Part shown: positions 36,064-50,879 of the stretch, piece after piece
How positions within the stretch are numbered: position 1 is the stretch's first letter
How the letters are laid out: every line of letters begins with the position of its first letter
Assembly (NCBI RefSeq): GCF_006345805.1
Contig: NW_021833969.1
Coordinates: forward strand, 1-52,216
Origin: Octopus sinensis
Taxonomy: Eukaryota
DNA length: 52,216 bases
Direction of reading: 5' to 3'
Made by a program: the position numbers and the translations under genes
Notes under the pieces: generated by a model
The model's database searches: none
What the model was told of the DNA's origin: nothing
The model's input: the letters and a program-made list of their open reading frames with translations, nothing else

Positions 36064-36745
36064 GACATGATGATACATGATGGCCGTCCACTCGTGACCG
36101 AGGAAGACCATTGCTGACCTTCAGGAACATTGTGCGCTCTAGGACTAACTTATATTTTGCATTTGCAGCTCCGTTGGTGGCTAATGAGAACCCTGCTCTT
36201 GACAAGCATACACGACTGCAAACATTGCTAACCAAGCTTTCCCCATCATTCACTACACCAGCCATGCGCTTTCGAGCAGCAGGCTTAAGTCCTTCATGCT
36301 GAATACGTGCTCTCTCAAAGGTGCCGATCCCTTCCTTAACCTGCTTCCTCCATCTGTGGACATGACAGACATTGCTCTCCCAGACTATCTCCTGCATATC
36401 ACAAGCCTTTAGTGAGGACTTGACACAGTCATTAAATCAAAGCCTTTTCCCGCTCACAAGTTCCCCGTATAGCATCTGTCTAGGGATCCTGCTATCCGTC
36501 ATTCTAATAAGGGGTCCAGTCCAACGTAACCAGGGCTTATACATCGTCGCCTCAATCCCCAGGACATCAGCTTTCCTCAAGAAATGTGTGTCTGGAGTTT
36601 TTACGGTCCAGCCAACATTCAGAATGTGTCTCAGACATCTCTGTTGAAAGTGTTCAAGGACCCTTACATGACGTTTGTAAAGGTTCCATGTTTCACATGA
36701 GTAAAGAAGCGATGTTAGTATACATCCACGGTATATGGATGTGCA
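36062..36745 (-). mobile_element. RTE-clade LINE 3' fragment
   Basis: LLYSCETW, FQQRCLRHIL, LRWTGPLIRM.DSRIPRQMLYGEL on the minus strand. Confidence 0.85.
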
Positions 36746-36754
36746 TGTACCTAC

Positions 36755-37520
36755 GTACATACATACATACATACATACATACATACATACATACGTACAT
36801 ACATACATACATACATACACACATACATACATACATACATTCATACATACATACATACATACATACATACATACATACATACATACATACAGTCGTACAT
36901 ACATACAGTCATACATACGTACATACATACATACATACATACAAACATACATATATACATACATTCATACATACATACATACATACATACATACATACAT
37001 ACATACATACAGTCGTACATACATACAGTCATACATACGTACATACATACATACATACATACATACATACACACATACATACATACATTCATACATACAT
37101 ACATACATACATACATACATACATACATACATACATACATACATACATACATACAGTCATACATACGTACATACATACATACATACATACAAACATACAT
37201 ATATACAGACACACATAGATACATACATACATACATACATACATACATAGATACATATTACATACATACAGACATACATATATACCTACTGACACATACA
37301 CACACACATACATACATATATACATACATACATACATACATACATACATACATAACACAAAAAAAGATACATACTTACATACAGACACTTACATACATAC
37401 ATACACACATACATACATACATACATACATACAAACATACATACATACATACATACATACATACATACATACATACACACATACATATATACATACATAC
37501 ATACATACATAGACACACGC
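36755..37520. repeat. (CATA)n microsatellite
   Basis: Direct reading. Confidence 0.95.
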
Positions 37521-37845
37521 ACACATTCTAAGATTATTGATTGCATTTATTTGCCTTTTTGAAGGGAAGCTACTCTCAAATATATATTTTCTCATATCGA
37601 GAGTTACCTCCCTGGACACATACCTTAAACCACTTCATTATCGTATTTACTAAATAGATTTTATTGATCGTTGTTTACTTCTTTCAGTCATTGAACTACG
37701 GCCACGCTGGAGCACCACAGTGACGTGATTAGTCCAAGAGACAGACTCCAGTATTTCTCTTTCTCGAGAATACCACGTATTCCTTCCGACCGATTTGCCG
37801 AACTGCTATGTCACAGGAACTTAGACTTAGCAAAACAAATGTTGG

Positions 37846-37887
<42 letters not shown>

Positions 37888-37949
37888 TATATATATATAT
37901 ATAGCTCTACGCGCGGGTAAGTGTGTGGTTGTTATTTTCTCTTGCATCC

Positions 37950-38278
37950 TTTCGGCACGTAAAAAGCACCATCCGAACGTGGCCGATGGTAGCACCGCCT
38001 CGAGTGGCTTCTGTGCCGGTGGCACGTAAAAAGCACCAACCGATCGTGGCCGCTGCCAGTGTCCCTCCCTCCGTGGCACCTGTGCCGGTGGCACGAAAAA
38101 AGCACACACTAAAATCACGGAGTGGTTGGCGTTAGGAAGGGCATCCAGCTGTAGAAACACTGCCAGATCAGACTGCAACCTGGTGCAGTCTCCTGGCTTC
38201 CGAGACCCTGGTTGAACCATCCAACCCGCTCTAGCACGGAAAACGGACGTTAAACGATGATGATGATGATGATGATTC
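37950..38278 (+). mobile_element. SINE/bipartite element with internal ggcacgtaaaaagcacc repeats and (GAT)n tail (second copy 48500-48862)
   Basis: Both copies share ggttggcgttaggaagggcatccagctgtagaaac and end gacgttaaacgatgatgat. Confidence 0.75.
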
Positions 38279-39085
38279 TCCCTCTTTGTTTCTCTCTCCT
38301 TTCTCTCTCCCTTTCCCACTCTCTTACTCTTCCTTTCTCTCGGACTGTCCCCCGTTTTCTCTTATTCTCTATCTTTATCTATCTATCTCTCTCCCATTTA
38401 TAAACAACAAATTTGAGTATGTTGAGAAAGAAAGTAGTTTGAAAGATCAATCATAAATATCAGGCAGTGACAACGGAAAGGTCTGCTTCAGGGCAGAAAG
38501 CAAAACACTAGCATTTAAAAGGGACATACGAACTTGCGAGCTGAATAAAAATGTTAAAAAATTAGAAATCAAAGTTTGAAAGGATAGAATGTGAGGATAG
38601 TAGAGTCACCATGGCTGGCATTTCTTAACGACGAACAGTAACATAGTGGCAGTTTAACGGCTGGCGTAAAATTTTGAACTTGATGTAAAAGAAAATTTCT
38701 AAACACCAAGCTTTGAAGTGATTCTTTCTCACGACAGTGGACTCACCATGGCAAGCATTCAAAACTTCTTCATCATGGACGGCAACACATTGACGATTTA
38801 AAGGCTGGCGCAAATTTTTTAGCTTCATGTAACAGAGAATTCCTAAACACCCGCTCGTGTAAACTTTAATCCCCTTCAAGCCCTATTTAGACCTCTTTTC
38901 ACATTTTGGTTAATATAACCCGATTTCAATCGGGTCTACTCGGGTCACATTTTATAAGATGAGGAATTTTGTCCTAGAGGTCACGCCTTTCATTTGAGGA
39001 AAAAAATAGTTGCCGTGCAAACTCGCCAGCACTTTTAACATAGGTGTGCATATTTTCAGCACAACCGACCACATAATGCACACAT

Positions 39086-39156
<71 letters not shown>

Positions 39157-40089
39157 CGCATTATATATATATATATATGTGTGTGTGTGTTCGCATTATA
39201 TATACAAATGTATACAAATTATATATATATATACATATATATAAATTAAATTAGAGATAAAACCACATTAGGCAAATCAAACAGTGAAAAACGTAAACGA
39301 AAACATGAAAATGAAAATATAATATACAATATATATAAAATAAAAAATTTAAAATTTTAAATTATTTAAATTTAAAATTAAAATTATCAATTTATAATTA
39401 TAATTTAAAAAATATATATATAACTATCAAAAAGTATTAAAAAGTTTAATATACATATTTATATACAGAACACACACACACACACATATATAAATTAACG
39501 CAATCAACATCTGATTCATAATATTTGTTCTCATGATTGTGTGGTGGTGGTGGTGGCGAAGATAATTCTGTCTATGAATGCAGACAGACGTAGAGAGAGA
39601 GAGAGAGTGTGTGTGTGAAAGCGCTGTTGAAGGCGGGGAGGGGGAAATATAGAACGCTGTTTGACGACGTTATAAAGAGAAAGTGAAGGGGAGTTAGACG
39701 CTGTTAAATGACGTTATATATAGAAAGTGATGGGAAGGGAGGAAAGAGAGTGAGTGACGGAGGAAGACAGATACATAAAAGAATGAGAGTAGACTTGTCA
39801 AAGTGCGTTTTTGGCCCTAGCAACGACACCTTTTACATGTCCCTGTAAATTTTGGAGTCAATCCGACGGGATCTAGTGGCCTTTAACCCGTTCTCAATGC
39901 CAAAACCAGACAAACAAACAAACAAACTTTTTGCATTTCAGATTTATAATATATACATGCGTGTGTGTGTGTGTGTGTGCTTATATATATCTATATCTAT
40001 CTATCTATCTCTCTATCTCTCTATCTATCTATCTATCTACATATACATATATATATATATTATATATATATATATTAATATATATATAT

Positions 40090-40146
<57 letters not shown>

Positions 40147-40299
40147 GCATATACATATTAGAGGGAAACTAGTATGTGGACACACTTATGCTAAAAATTG
40201 ATCCGCTATAGATCTAATTAAATTAATGCCTAATTTCTCACCCTCATTTTTAATTTATATGTATATATATATATATATATAAATATATGCACATATATA

Positions 40300-43200
40300 T
40301 CGATGGCAATCCCTCAAGGTCGAGGATGATGGTCTTCGCGCAAATCTCCTGGTGATTCCGCAGGTGACTGATGAGACCAATTTTTGCTCGAAAAGGTCGG
40401 TCGCAGTGCGGACATCTAGTGCCGGAAGGGAATGTCGCACGTGGTTGTTGTTGGCGCTCCTTCTTCCGTCGTCGTCTTTTCTCCTCCAGCTCTGCAGACC
40501 TTTTCGACTCGAAAGTCGCCGTTCCCTCATGGATGGTGGTTTTCCAGAGTGGTCTGTTTTTTGCCGTTTCCTCCCAGTTGGTGAAGTCAATGTCACACTT
40601 TTTGAGGTTCGTTTTCAGGGAGTCCTGTAGCGTTTCTCCTCGCCTCCTTTTGTACGCTTGCCGTCTTTGAGTTGGGAGTAGAAGATCTGTTTGGGAAGTC
40701 GTTCGTCAGTCATTCTCACCACGTGGCCGCTCCATCTTAGTTGGCCTTTGATGACATAGGCTTCGATGCTGGTCATTTTTGCTTCTTGTAGCACACTGAC
40801 GTTAGTTCTTCTGTCTTCCCAGCTGATGTTGAGGATCTTCCGAAGACAGCGTTGGTGAAATTTCTCGAGCGTTTTCAGGTGGTGACTATACGGGGTCCAA
40901 ATTTCGGATGCGTAAAGGAGGGTTGGAATAATGACTGCCCTGTACACCATGAGTTTGGTTTCGGTTCGGATGTCCCGATCAGCAAAAACTCTTGTTCGAA
41001 GCTTGCCGAAAGCTGTTCCTGCACACTTCAGACGGTGTTGGATTTCATCGCTGAGGTCTACCTTTGCTGACAGATGGCTCCCAATGTAGCAAAAGTGGTT
41101 CACATTTTCCAGTGGAATTCCTTCGAGTTGAATCGATGGCGGGTTGTCAACACGGGCATTGGGAGGAGGTTGGTAGAGTAAGTGAGTCTTCTTGATGTTG
41201 ATGCTCAATCCAATTTTAGTATATGCATGATGGAAAGCATTTAGGATCTGTTGGAGGTGATCCTCTCTGTGAGTTGCAACACTGTTGTCGTCGGCATATT
41301 GGAACTCTAGCAAGCTTCGTGCCATTGTCTTTGACGTACTTTTGAGGCGAGCGAGGTTGAAAGGCTTGCCGTCTATTCTGTACGAGATCTTGATGCCAGG
41401 TGGAAGGTCATTTCGTATGATGTGCAACACTGTCTGCAAAAGTTCACAGAGAGGATCACCTCCAACAGATCCTAAATGCTTTTCATCATGCATATACTAA
41501 AAGGGGCTAGAAAAGGTGCCCTAAACATAGTCTGCTTCACCCCAATCCTGTCTGGAAAACCGCGTCCAGAGGGATCACCATTATGCGGTCGAAAATCAAG
41601 ATCAAGATACGCAACGCTGAAATTCGGGACCTGGAATGTCAGGACTCTCATAGATAACACCAACTCAGACAGACCCGAAAGGCAAACTGCAATCATCGCT
41701 CGGGAACTCCATCGATTCAATTTTGACATCGTAGCTCACAGTGAAACCCGGAGAGCCGGAGAAGGCCGGCTGAGAGAAGAAGGCGGTCAATACACCTTTT
41801 TCTGGAAAGGTTACGATCCCGACCATCAACAGATCCATGGTGTGGGTTTTGCAATACGAAACACCATCCTATCCAAACTGACAGAGCAGCCCATCGGAAT
41901 GTCCGCACGACTCATGACCCTCCGAATCCAGCTTGTCGAAAGTCAGCACGCAACTATCATCAGCGCGTATGCTCCCACCTTTGACGCGGAGGATTTAGTC
42001 AAGGAAGACTTTTACAGCCAGCTCGTTAGCATTCTCTCTACCGTCCCAATGGACGACAAGACCATTCTCCTGGGAGATTCAATACCAGAGTTGGGAGAGA
42101 TCGTGAACTCTGGACAGGAACCATCGGAAAGGAAGGAGTGGGAAAAGTCAATGCCAATGGAACTCTGCTGCTCACCAAATGTGCTGAACATAACCTGGTG
42201 ATAACCAACACCCTTTTTCGCCAGAAGAATCGATATAAGGTCTCATGGCAGCATCCAAGATCTAAAAAATGGCATCTCATCGACTATATCATCGTGAGAT
42301 CCCGAGACCAGCAAGATGTGTTGCTCACCAGAGCCGCCACTGGAGCAGATGAGTGCTGGACAGATCATTGGCTCATCGCCTCTAACCATGAAAATCAAAC
42401 TCCGACCAAAAGTGAAATATCACAGCAAGGAAAGCAGAGTAAAGAAATTCAACATCGAAGCACTGCAAGACAAAAACTCGTGTCGCTTTCCAGCAGCGCC
42501 TACAGGTCAATCTTCAAAATAAGACTCCAAATCATCTCGTCGAAGAAAATTGGAACCAGCTGAAAGAAACCATCATCACCGCTTGCGAAGAAACCATCGG
42601 TCGCAAGAAAAGGAAACACGAGGACTGGTTTGACGACAATGATGAAGCTCTCAAAGAACTGATCGACCAAAAATGGAAAGCTTTCATCAGCTCACAGAAT
42701 GATCCAAAGTCTGCCACTAAACGAGAGTCTTTCAAGAAGTGCAAAGCCGCAGTTCAAAGGACAACCCGTACCCTGAAGAACCAGTGAGGGAGACACAAAT
42801 CTCGTGAAATCCAGAAGTTAGCAGATGTAAACGACACCAGAGGGTTCTTCAAAGCCACGAAAGAAATATACGGACCTTCCACACATGGACAGGCTCCTCT
42901 GAAGAGTAAAGACGGAGCAACCATCCTGAAAAGCAACACCGAAATAGGAGACAGATGGAGAGAACACTTCGATGACTTCCTCAATCACAAAGCTACCATC
43001 GACAAAAGTATACTTGACATGATTCCTAAAGAGGCCAAAGATTACTCTCTCGCTCGAATTCCATCCCTCGAAGAGGTCAAAATTGCTATCACAGCGATGA
43101 AGAACAACAAAGCCGCGGGTCCTGACGGAATCCCATCTGAGATCTACAAACTGGGAGGTGATTTTGTCCAACACCAGCTCCACCAACTCTTGGTCAAAAT

Positions 43201-43715
43201 CTGGACAAATGAAGTTGTACCATCCGACTTCAGGGATGCCAACATCATTACCATTTACAAACGAAAGGGCGATCGTTCTGAGTGTGGAAATTACCGGGGT
43301 ATTTCCTTATTGGCAACTGCTGGGAAGATTCTTGCACGCATCCTGAACAACCGCCTCAGAACGCTGTCAGAGAGGATCCTTCCTGAGACAGACCGGCTTT
43401 AGGCCATCACGAAGTACAACCGACATGATCTTCACGCTGCCACAGCTACAAGAAAAATGTCGTGAGCAACACCAACCGCTCTACTTGGCCTTTATCGACC
43501 TATCCAAAGCCTTTGATCGTGTCTCGTGAGAGCTCCTCCGGGATATTCTCACCCAGTATGGATGCCCAGATAAATTCATCCGGATCCTCAAACTCCTCCA
43601 CGACAATATGCAAGCCAGAGTCCAGACAGACGGAGGCAGTTCTGAGCCCTTAAAGTCACCACCGGAGTGAAGCAAGGCTGCGTGATAGCGCCACTCTCTT
43701 TGCCATCTTTATCGC

Positions 43716-43719
<4 letters not shown>
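40300..43719 (-). mobile_element. RTE-BovB-like LINE with 5' inversion inserted in (TA)n: 3' half minus 40300-41434, 5' half plus 41503-43719
   Basis: Plus part has FGTWNVRTL, HLIDYI, KAAGPDG, YRGISLL, GVKQG..AIFIAT. Minus part continues TVLHII, YADD, YIGS, LLYASEIW. Confidence 0.9.
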
Positions 43720-43806
<87 letters not shown>

Positions 43807-44519
43807 CATACACACAGCACACTACACACACACACACACACAGACATATATATATAACCCCTCATAACGCTTTTTTTTTCATTATGGGGAATTTTAAAAT
43901 AATTTTGGCGAATTTATATTCTATGCACGGAAATCCATCCGATTTACCAAAAACGAAAGAAAATATATTTTGCTGCAGGATTTAAGGCCTGATTAGCTGT
44001 TATTTTTATCAACTTTAACCACCACCTCATATGTCATATGTTTTAAAGCGTTCAAGAATAACCATCTTAAATACTTTGAGAAATACGAAAAAAGATTGAG
44101 TCAATGAATGAGGAAAGAATTGCAGACAGGGATGTGGATTTAAATCATTAAAGGAATGAAAAGGTCGTTCATAAGTTTAGAAGAAATTGTAAAAAGAGAG
44201 AAAGTGAAAGTGAAAGCAAGAGAAACATCCGTTTGGAGATTTAAGGTGAAATGAACAGACTAAGTCGCTTGAGACCTTTCTGAGAGAAATCAGAAAAGTC
44301 TTTATTTTACTCTTTTACTCTTTTACTTGTTTCACTCATTTGACTGCGGCCATGCTGGAGCACCGCCTTTACTCGAACAAATCGACCCCAGGACACATTC
44401 TTTGTAAGATTAGTACTTATTCCATTGGCTTTCTTTTGCCGAACCTCTAAGTTACGGGGAAATAAACACACCAGCATCGGTTGTCAAGCGATGTTGGGTG
44501 GACAAACACAGACACACAA

Positions 44520-44576
<57 letters not shown>

Positions 44577-44849
44577 TATATATACATATATACGATGGGA
44601 TTCTTTTAGTTTCCGTCTACCAAATCCACTCACAAGGATTTAGTCTGCCCGAGGTATAGCGGAAGACACTTACGCAAGTTGTCACGCAGTGGGATTGAAC
44701 CCGGAACCACGAGGTTGGTAAGCAAGCTACTTACCACACAGCCACTCCTAAGCCTATAATTGTTTCATAATTATTTTTATTAAATGAAATACCTAAAGTT
44801 ATATTTGTTATTCAACAGCACCGTAATTATTACCCTAGGAATCATTACC

Positions 44850-45622
44850 CTATTTATATTTCAATTCATTCATTTGAAATCTATCCAAATTAAATCCTAA
44901 ATCCCAGCGGGATTCGAAGTCAAAATGTAAAGTTTCATGACTGAATACTAAAGATAGTTTATCAGTCGATTCATGATTTCTACAAATCCATCCATGTCCT
45001 TTCCGTTCTCTGAGGAAACGAGAAATGACAACTGTAAACCGAATGTAACGAAAGCACAAGTCAGCTACAGTATTTTATATTATAGAATTATAAAAACAAT
45101 TTCAGTAATAATCTCTCTTTATTGATTCATATTATATGCCTCTTGTATGAATAAAATACTTACTCTATCAGGTCTAGTCAGAAAACCAGACCTAATAAAG
45201 AAAAACTGGAGTAAGTTTTGAATTTAGAAGGCAAAATCACTTGGAATTCATTGAAATATTCCAGGCACCAGACAAGAAAAAATTTGCCCAGTGTTATTTA
45301 TTTTAATATTCAACAGCTCGCTAATCACTATCCTAAGACTTATTACCCTATTTTCATATCTATTCCTTTATTTTAAATCTGTCTATCTACATTAAATCCT
45401 AAATAACGGCAGAATTCGAAATCAGAACGTTAAGTTTCAAGACAGAGTAGAAAGAATAGTTGATCAGTCGATCCATGATTCCCAGAAATCCATCTTCGTC
45501 CTTTCCATTCTCATCGGAAGTGGGAAATGAAAATGATAAACCGAGTGTAATAAAAGCACAAGTCAGCTACAGTATTTTATATCATAGAATTATAAAAACA
45601 ATTTCAGTAATTATCTCTCTTT
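44850..45622. repeat. Diverged direct duplication (~44850-45120 and ~45345-45622)
   Basis: Shared aaagcacaagtcagctacagtattttatat..tagaattataaaaacaatttcagtaat. Confidence 0.75.
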
Positions 45623-46349
45623 TCATTCTTAATATTATTAATTCACTTACCTTTAAGGTTCATGACTCTTACAGGGTTGTTAAGTAAACTTCACTTTTAG
45701 TTGCAAAATCGACCAACAGGACGTCTCACTGCAAACAATAAGTTTCTGCCTTTTAATGTTCCCTTTTCCTAGTCTCGATAAACAAGCTTTCTTTTATTTA
45801 TTCCTATTCTCTTCGTTCTGATAATTTAAGAATAAATTCAGGATATTTCACAGTTGATTTCTTTTTGCTTTGGCTTCGAAAAGACGATGTCTTTAAAACA
45901 ATCTCTCCCGAGTTCTTCCACTCTTATAAAACTTGATGGCCAACTTGAACTTTCTTTTCCTCTTACTCCAGAAGTCGTCGCCAGATAATTTCACTTTTCG
46001 TTAAATAAGTTCTTAAATTCCAGGTCTTATATTCGTTTCTCTTTCTCTCCAGACTGCTTTGCTCTTCAGAAGGTAAGTAAATTATCAGTTTTACCCGTAG
46101 CTATGTTAGGTTATCAATAACAACTGTTTCTATCCATCGATCTTAGCTAATAAACTGCTTGAAACAAGTCCACTGCGTTTGTATGCATGGTGAGAGAAAC
46201 GATTTTATTTTAACTTGGCAATATATCGATAGCTTTGAAGTATTGATTTTTACACTAGATAAATTACACTTAATGCCCTCGAAAAACCTGTGGTCAACAA
46301 TTTCAGGAAGAGAATCCAAATCCAAGTCAGTGAATGTAGTGAAGAGGAA

Positions 46350-46626
46350 GAAATTATATGGTCACCAGCCCCAGATCTCAATATTATTGAACATTTATGG
46401 TGCATTATAGAAAAAACAAATTAGGAGTCGATATCCTCCACCATCATCTCTACAGCAACTGGAGACTGTTTTAGCTGAAGCCATTCCTTTCGAAATTCCT
46501 TTCGAAGCGATTCAAATTTTGTACGTGTCTATACCTCGTAGAATTCAAGCTGTAATTACTGCCAAAGGTGGTCCTACCCCATATTAAAATTTTAAGGTGT
46601 TTCCATTATTTTTGCCTAACCCCTGT
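46350..46626 (+). mobile_element. Tc1/mariner transposase C-terminal remnant with probable right TIR
   Basis: PDLNIIEHLW, PRRIQAVITAKGGPTPY*. Confidence 0.85.
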
Positions 46627-47249
46627 TCATATATACATACATACATACACACATGCATACATACATGAATACATACACATACATACATACACACATACAT
46701 ACATATATACACACACAAACATACACATATTCATACATACATGAATACATACACACATACATACATACACACATACATACATGAATACATACACGCACAT
46801 ACATATATACACACATACATACATATATACACACACATACGTACACACATTCATACTTACATAAATACATACACACACATACATATATACACACATACAT
46901 ACATATACACACACATACGTACACGCATTCATACATACATGAATACATACACACACATACATATATACACGCATACATATATGAATATATACACACACAT
47001 ACATATATACACGCATTCATACATACATGGAAGCATGCTGTGTTCAGTGCGTCGCTTCATCCCCCATTTCTTAGTAATTTCCTGACGGACGACCCCTTTG
47101 TACAATTTAGGCGACAACCCTACAACCCATGGCTCTGTTGAGCAGTCGTTGGTAGAGAGGATTTTACGGGATCAAAGTGCAAATCCTAACTCGGCCCCTT
47201 TTGGTCGCTTTTTACGAAACGCAGACGAAACATTGGATCTATTCATTGA

Positions 47250-47385
47250 TATGCCAGTCCCCTCACACCCTGGGGCAACGTGAAATGCAGAACTTTGCTC
47301 AAGGATCACACACGCCATCCCGTCCAGGAATCGATCGCACGTTCAGCGAATCGTGAGTGCAAATTCTGGCCCCTAAGCCACTCAT
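47250..47385 (-). mobile_element. Degenerate tRNA-SINE
   Basis: Minus strand gtggcttaggg..cgattcctgg..gtgatccttgagcaaa..catttcacgttgc. Confidence 0.5.
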
Positions 47386-47904
47386 ATTCACCGATGAAAA
47401 AAAGTATAAACGTTGGGATAATATTTTAAAATTCAATAAAACAATAATCATTTTCCCTGATTGTGAGTATCTTATCACTTCTGGATACTAATCGATACTA
47501 AGAACATAACTAGATTATACTCCACGGAAAACATGGCTACTTAAGAGGAAAAACAATGAACATATACTTTCAACAAATAAATCGCGGTTGACTGCATATT
47601 GAATAGACTCAAGGATGTTTATCACAATCAGCAGCCGGATATTATTAATTAATATTTTCAATTCATTCTTTCAAAGTGATTATGCCTCAGCGTTGTAAAG
47701 ACTTCACGAATATTTCGTGTTCGAACTTGTTACTTTTCTTAAATTAATGAGGCTTTTTTCCTATCTTTAAAATGCATTTCATTGTGATTTTATCATGACG
47801 TGGCAGATGTATCATTTTAATGAGGATGTGTGTGTGTGTGGACGTGTACACGTGTGTGTGTGTATTTATGCGTGTATATATATATACATATGCACATACA
47901 TACA

Positions 47905-47940
<36 letters not shown>

Positions 47941-47966
47941 TACATATATATATATCTATATATATT

Positions 47967-48015
<49 letters not shown>

Positions 48016-48016
48016 G

Positions 48017-48048
<32 letters not shown>

Positions 48049-48405
48049 TTAAATTAGAGATAAAACCACTGTTAGGCAAATCAAACAGTGAAAAAATAAA
48101 CCAAAACACAGAAATAAAATTAATAAATATAATATACAAAATATAAAATATAAATTTCAAAATTTATATTATCTAAATTTAAAGTAAAAAATATAAAATT
48201 ATTAAATTATATTTATAAATTTATATGTATATATATATATATATTTTTTTTTATTTTTTATATTTCATTTTTTGATTATTATTATTATATTTAAATATAT
48301 ATAACTATCAAAAAGTATATTAAACTTTTTATACATGAATACATACACACATACATATATACACACTCACACCACACACATATATTATATATATATATAT
48401 AATAT

Positions 48406-48461
<56 letters not shown>

Positions 48462-48979
48462 GCCAACCCCCCTTTACTTGCGAAGACATGTTGGGGCAAG
48501 CGAAAGCGAAATCGAATTGAACCAGCCAGGATCCCTGGTCTGGTGGTACGTAAAAAGCACCATCCGACTCGTGGCCGATGCCAGCGCCGCCTCGGCTGGC
48601 TTCCGTGCCGGTGGCACATAAAATAAACCAATCCGACCGTGGCCGTTGCCAGCCTCGCCTGGCACCTGTGCAGGTGGCACGTAAAAAGCACCCACTACAC
48701 TCACTGAGTGGTTGGCGTTAGGAAGGGCATCCAGCTGTAGAAACATTGCCAGATAAGACTGGAGCCTGGTGCAGCCTTCTGGCTTCCCAGATCCCCGATC
48801 GAACCGTCCAACCCATGCTAGCATGGAGAACAGACGTTAAACGATGATGATGATGATGATGATATATATATATATGTATGTATTCATGTATGTATGTAGA
48901 GTTGTCGCCTATACATATACACGCATAAATACACACGCACACGTAAACGTTCACACACACACACAAATACAACTCCCAC

Positions 48980-49815
48980 CTCGCTACCTTATCCTTCATA
49001 ATAATAATAATCCATTTCTACTATAGGCACAGGGCCTGAAAGTTGGGAGACGGAGGATAGTCGATTACTTCGACCCCAATATTCAACTGGTACTTATTTT
49101 ATCGACCCCGAAAGAATAAAAGGCCAAGTCGACCTCGGCGGAATTTGAACTCACAACGTAGCGACAGATGAAATATCGCTAAGTATTTCGCCCGGCGTGC
49201 TAACGATTCAACCAGCTCACAGAGAGAGAGAGAGAGAGGGGTGGGGTGAATGGTTGTATAGATCACAAATCTTAAAATGTTTGTAGAAGCCTTTTTAAGC
49301 GTTGGTTCGTAAGTTGCTAAATAAGATTCCTTACGGTGGAGTCACCCCTTTAACATTAATGTTGTATGTTGTAGTTGATATAAAGAAGAGAAGCGTTTCA
49401 GAAATATGACAGACGAGTCTTTTTCTCAGATGAAAATGTTTTATTTAACAACAATAAAATAAATAACTGAGTCACAGAGAAAAAATTACAACAGCAGAGA
49501 AACAACATAGAATAATCACTCTTTGAATATTACATTGGGAAAGCAAATACATAAACTTGTCTTTGTGTGCAACAGAATATTTCAGAAAATATATTAAGCA
49601 GAAGAAGGATTAAAATGATGCGAATGTGTATATGTATATATGTGATAAATATTTTGCATTTCCGAGCTGAACAATGGTATATGCTAATGAAAAAGATAAA
49701 CTCTGAAATAAGAAAATTTAACGCCGGTTTTTACATTGTAAAATGTGCCAGAGTGTTAGCATTGTGGTCAGTTAAAAACACTACAACGGACAGGTCAATT
49801 GTTTGTTTTCTTACA
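48980..49815. repeat. Duplicated ~1 kb block, copy 2 (contains a minus-strand tRNA-SINE at ~48995-49220)
   Basis: Colinear with 11220-12213. Confidence 0.85.
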
Positions 49816-50339
49816 AGTATTATATATATATATATATATATATATGCATGTATACATGAATTTGTATATGTGCATATGCATGTATGTGTGTGTGAGAGAA
49901 AGAGAGAGGGAGAGAGAAGGAAATGAAAGAGAGAAAGTGTGTGTGTGTGTGCGTGTGTATATGTGTGTGTCCGTGTGAGTTTATAACGATGGTAGCATCT
50001 CGTCGTCCGAGAAAGATAATTCTGTAATTTCTTTGCCGAACGACCTGCACAAATGGTTTGTTTATAAGAGATCAAATGTTTGTGCCATACATTTATTAGC
50101 GCATTCCCTCCATCATATCGGCGGTGCTTGAACAGGTACATGGTGTACCTTACGCCAGGTGTCGAAGTTAATCACAGAGGAATATTAGTTGAAGTGTTTT
50201 GTTCAACAGCACAGGGCAACAATCGGTCAACTGAGATGGAATCCACGATCTCGCGATCATGAGTGCAACCCACTAATCACTAGGCTACGCACCTTCATAT
50301 CATATCTCATTATATATACAATACCTATATATATATATG

Positions 50340-50393
<54 letters not shown>

Positions 50394-50494
50394 TTATATT
50401 ATATATAATATATAATAAATATTAGGGAATAAATCCAAAATTACAGGGAAAAAAAATCAGATTTAGGATTAAATCCAATTTTATAGTAAAATAT

Positions 50495-50673
50495 TATATA
50501 ATATTAATTCGAGACAAAACCACTATTTTGCAAATCAAACAAGGAAAGACTTAATCAATACATAAAAAAATTTAATATAAAGTAAATAAATAAATAAATA
50601 AATAAATTAAAATTTTTTATGTATTGATTAAGTCTTCCTTGTTTGATTTGCAAAATAGTGGTTTTGTCGCGAA

Positions 50674-50686
<13 letters not shown>
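50495..50686. repeat. Inverted repeat (~78-bp arms), MITE-like; related sequence at ~39245 and ~48045
   Basis: gacaaaaccactattttgcaaatcaaacaagga pairs with tccttgtttgatttgcaaaatagtggttttgtc. Confidence 0.8.
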
Positions 50687-50723
<37 letters not shown>

Positions 50724-50724
50724 T

Positions 50725-50761
<37 letters not shown>

Positions 50762-50879
50762 ATAAACTTAGATATGTTTCGACTAAAGATTGGTCCAGGC
50801 CATGTCTAACTTAATAGCACCACCTGATGGGATTATTTTAATCCTGTTTAAATCAAGTTTTGTTTATGGTCCACTCAAG

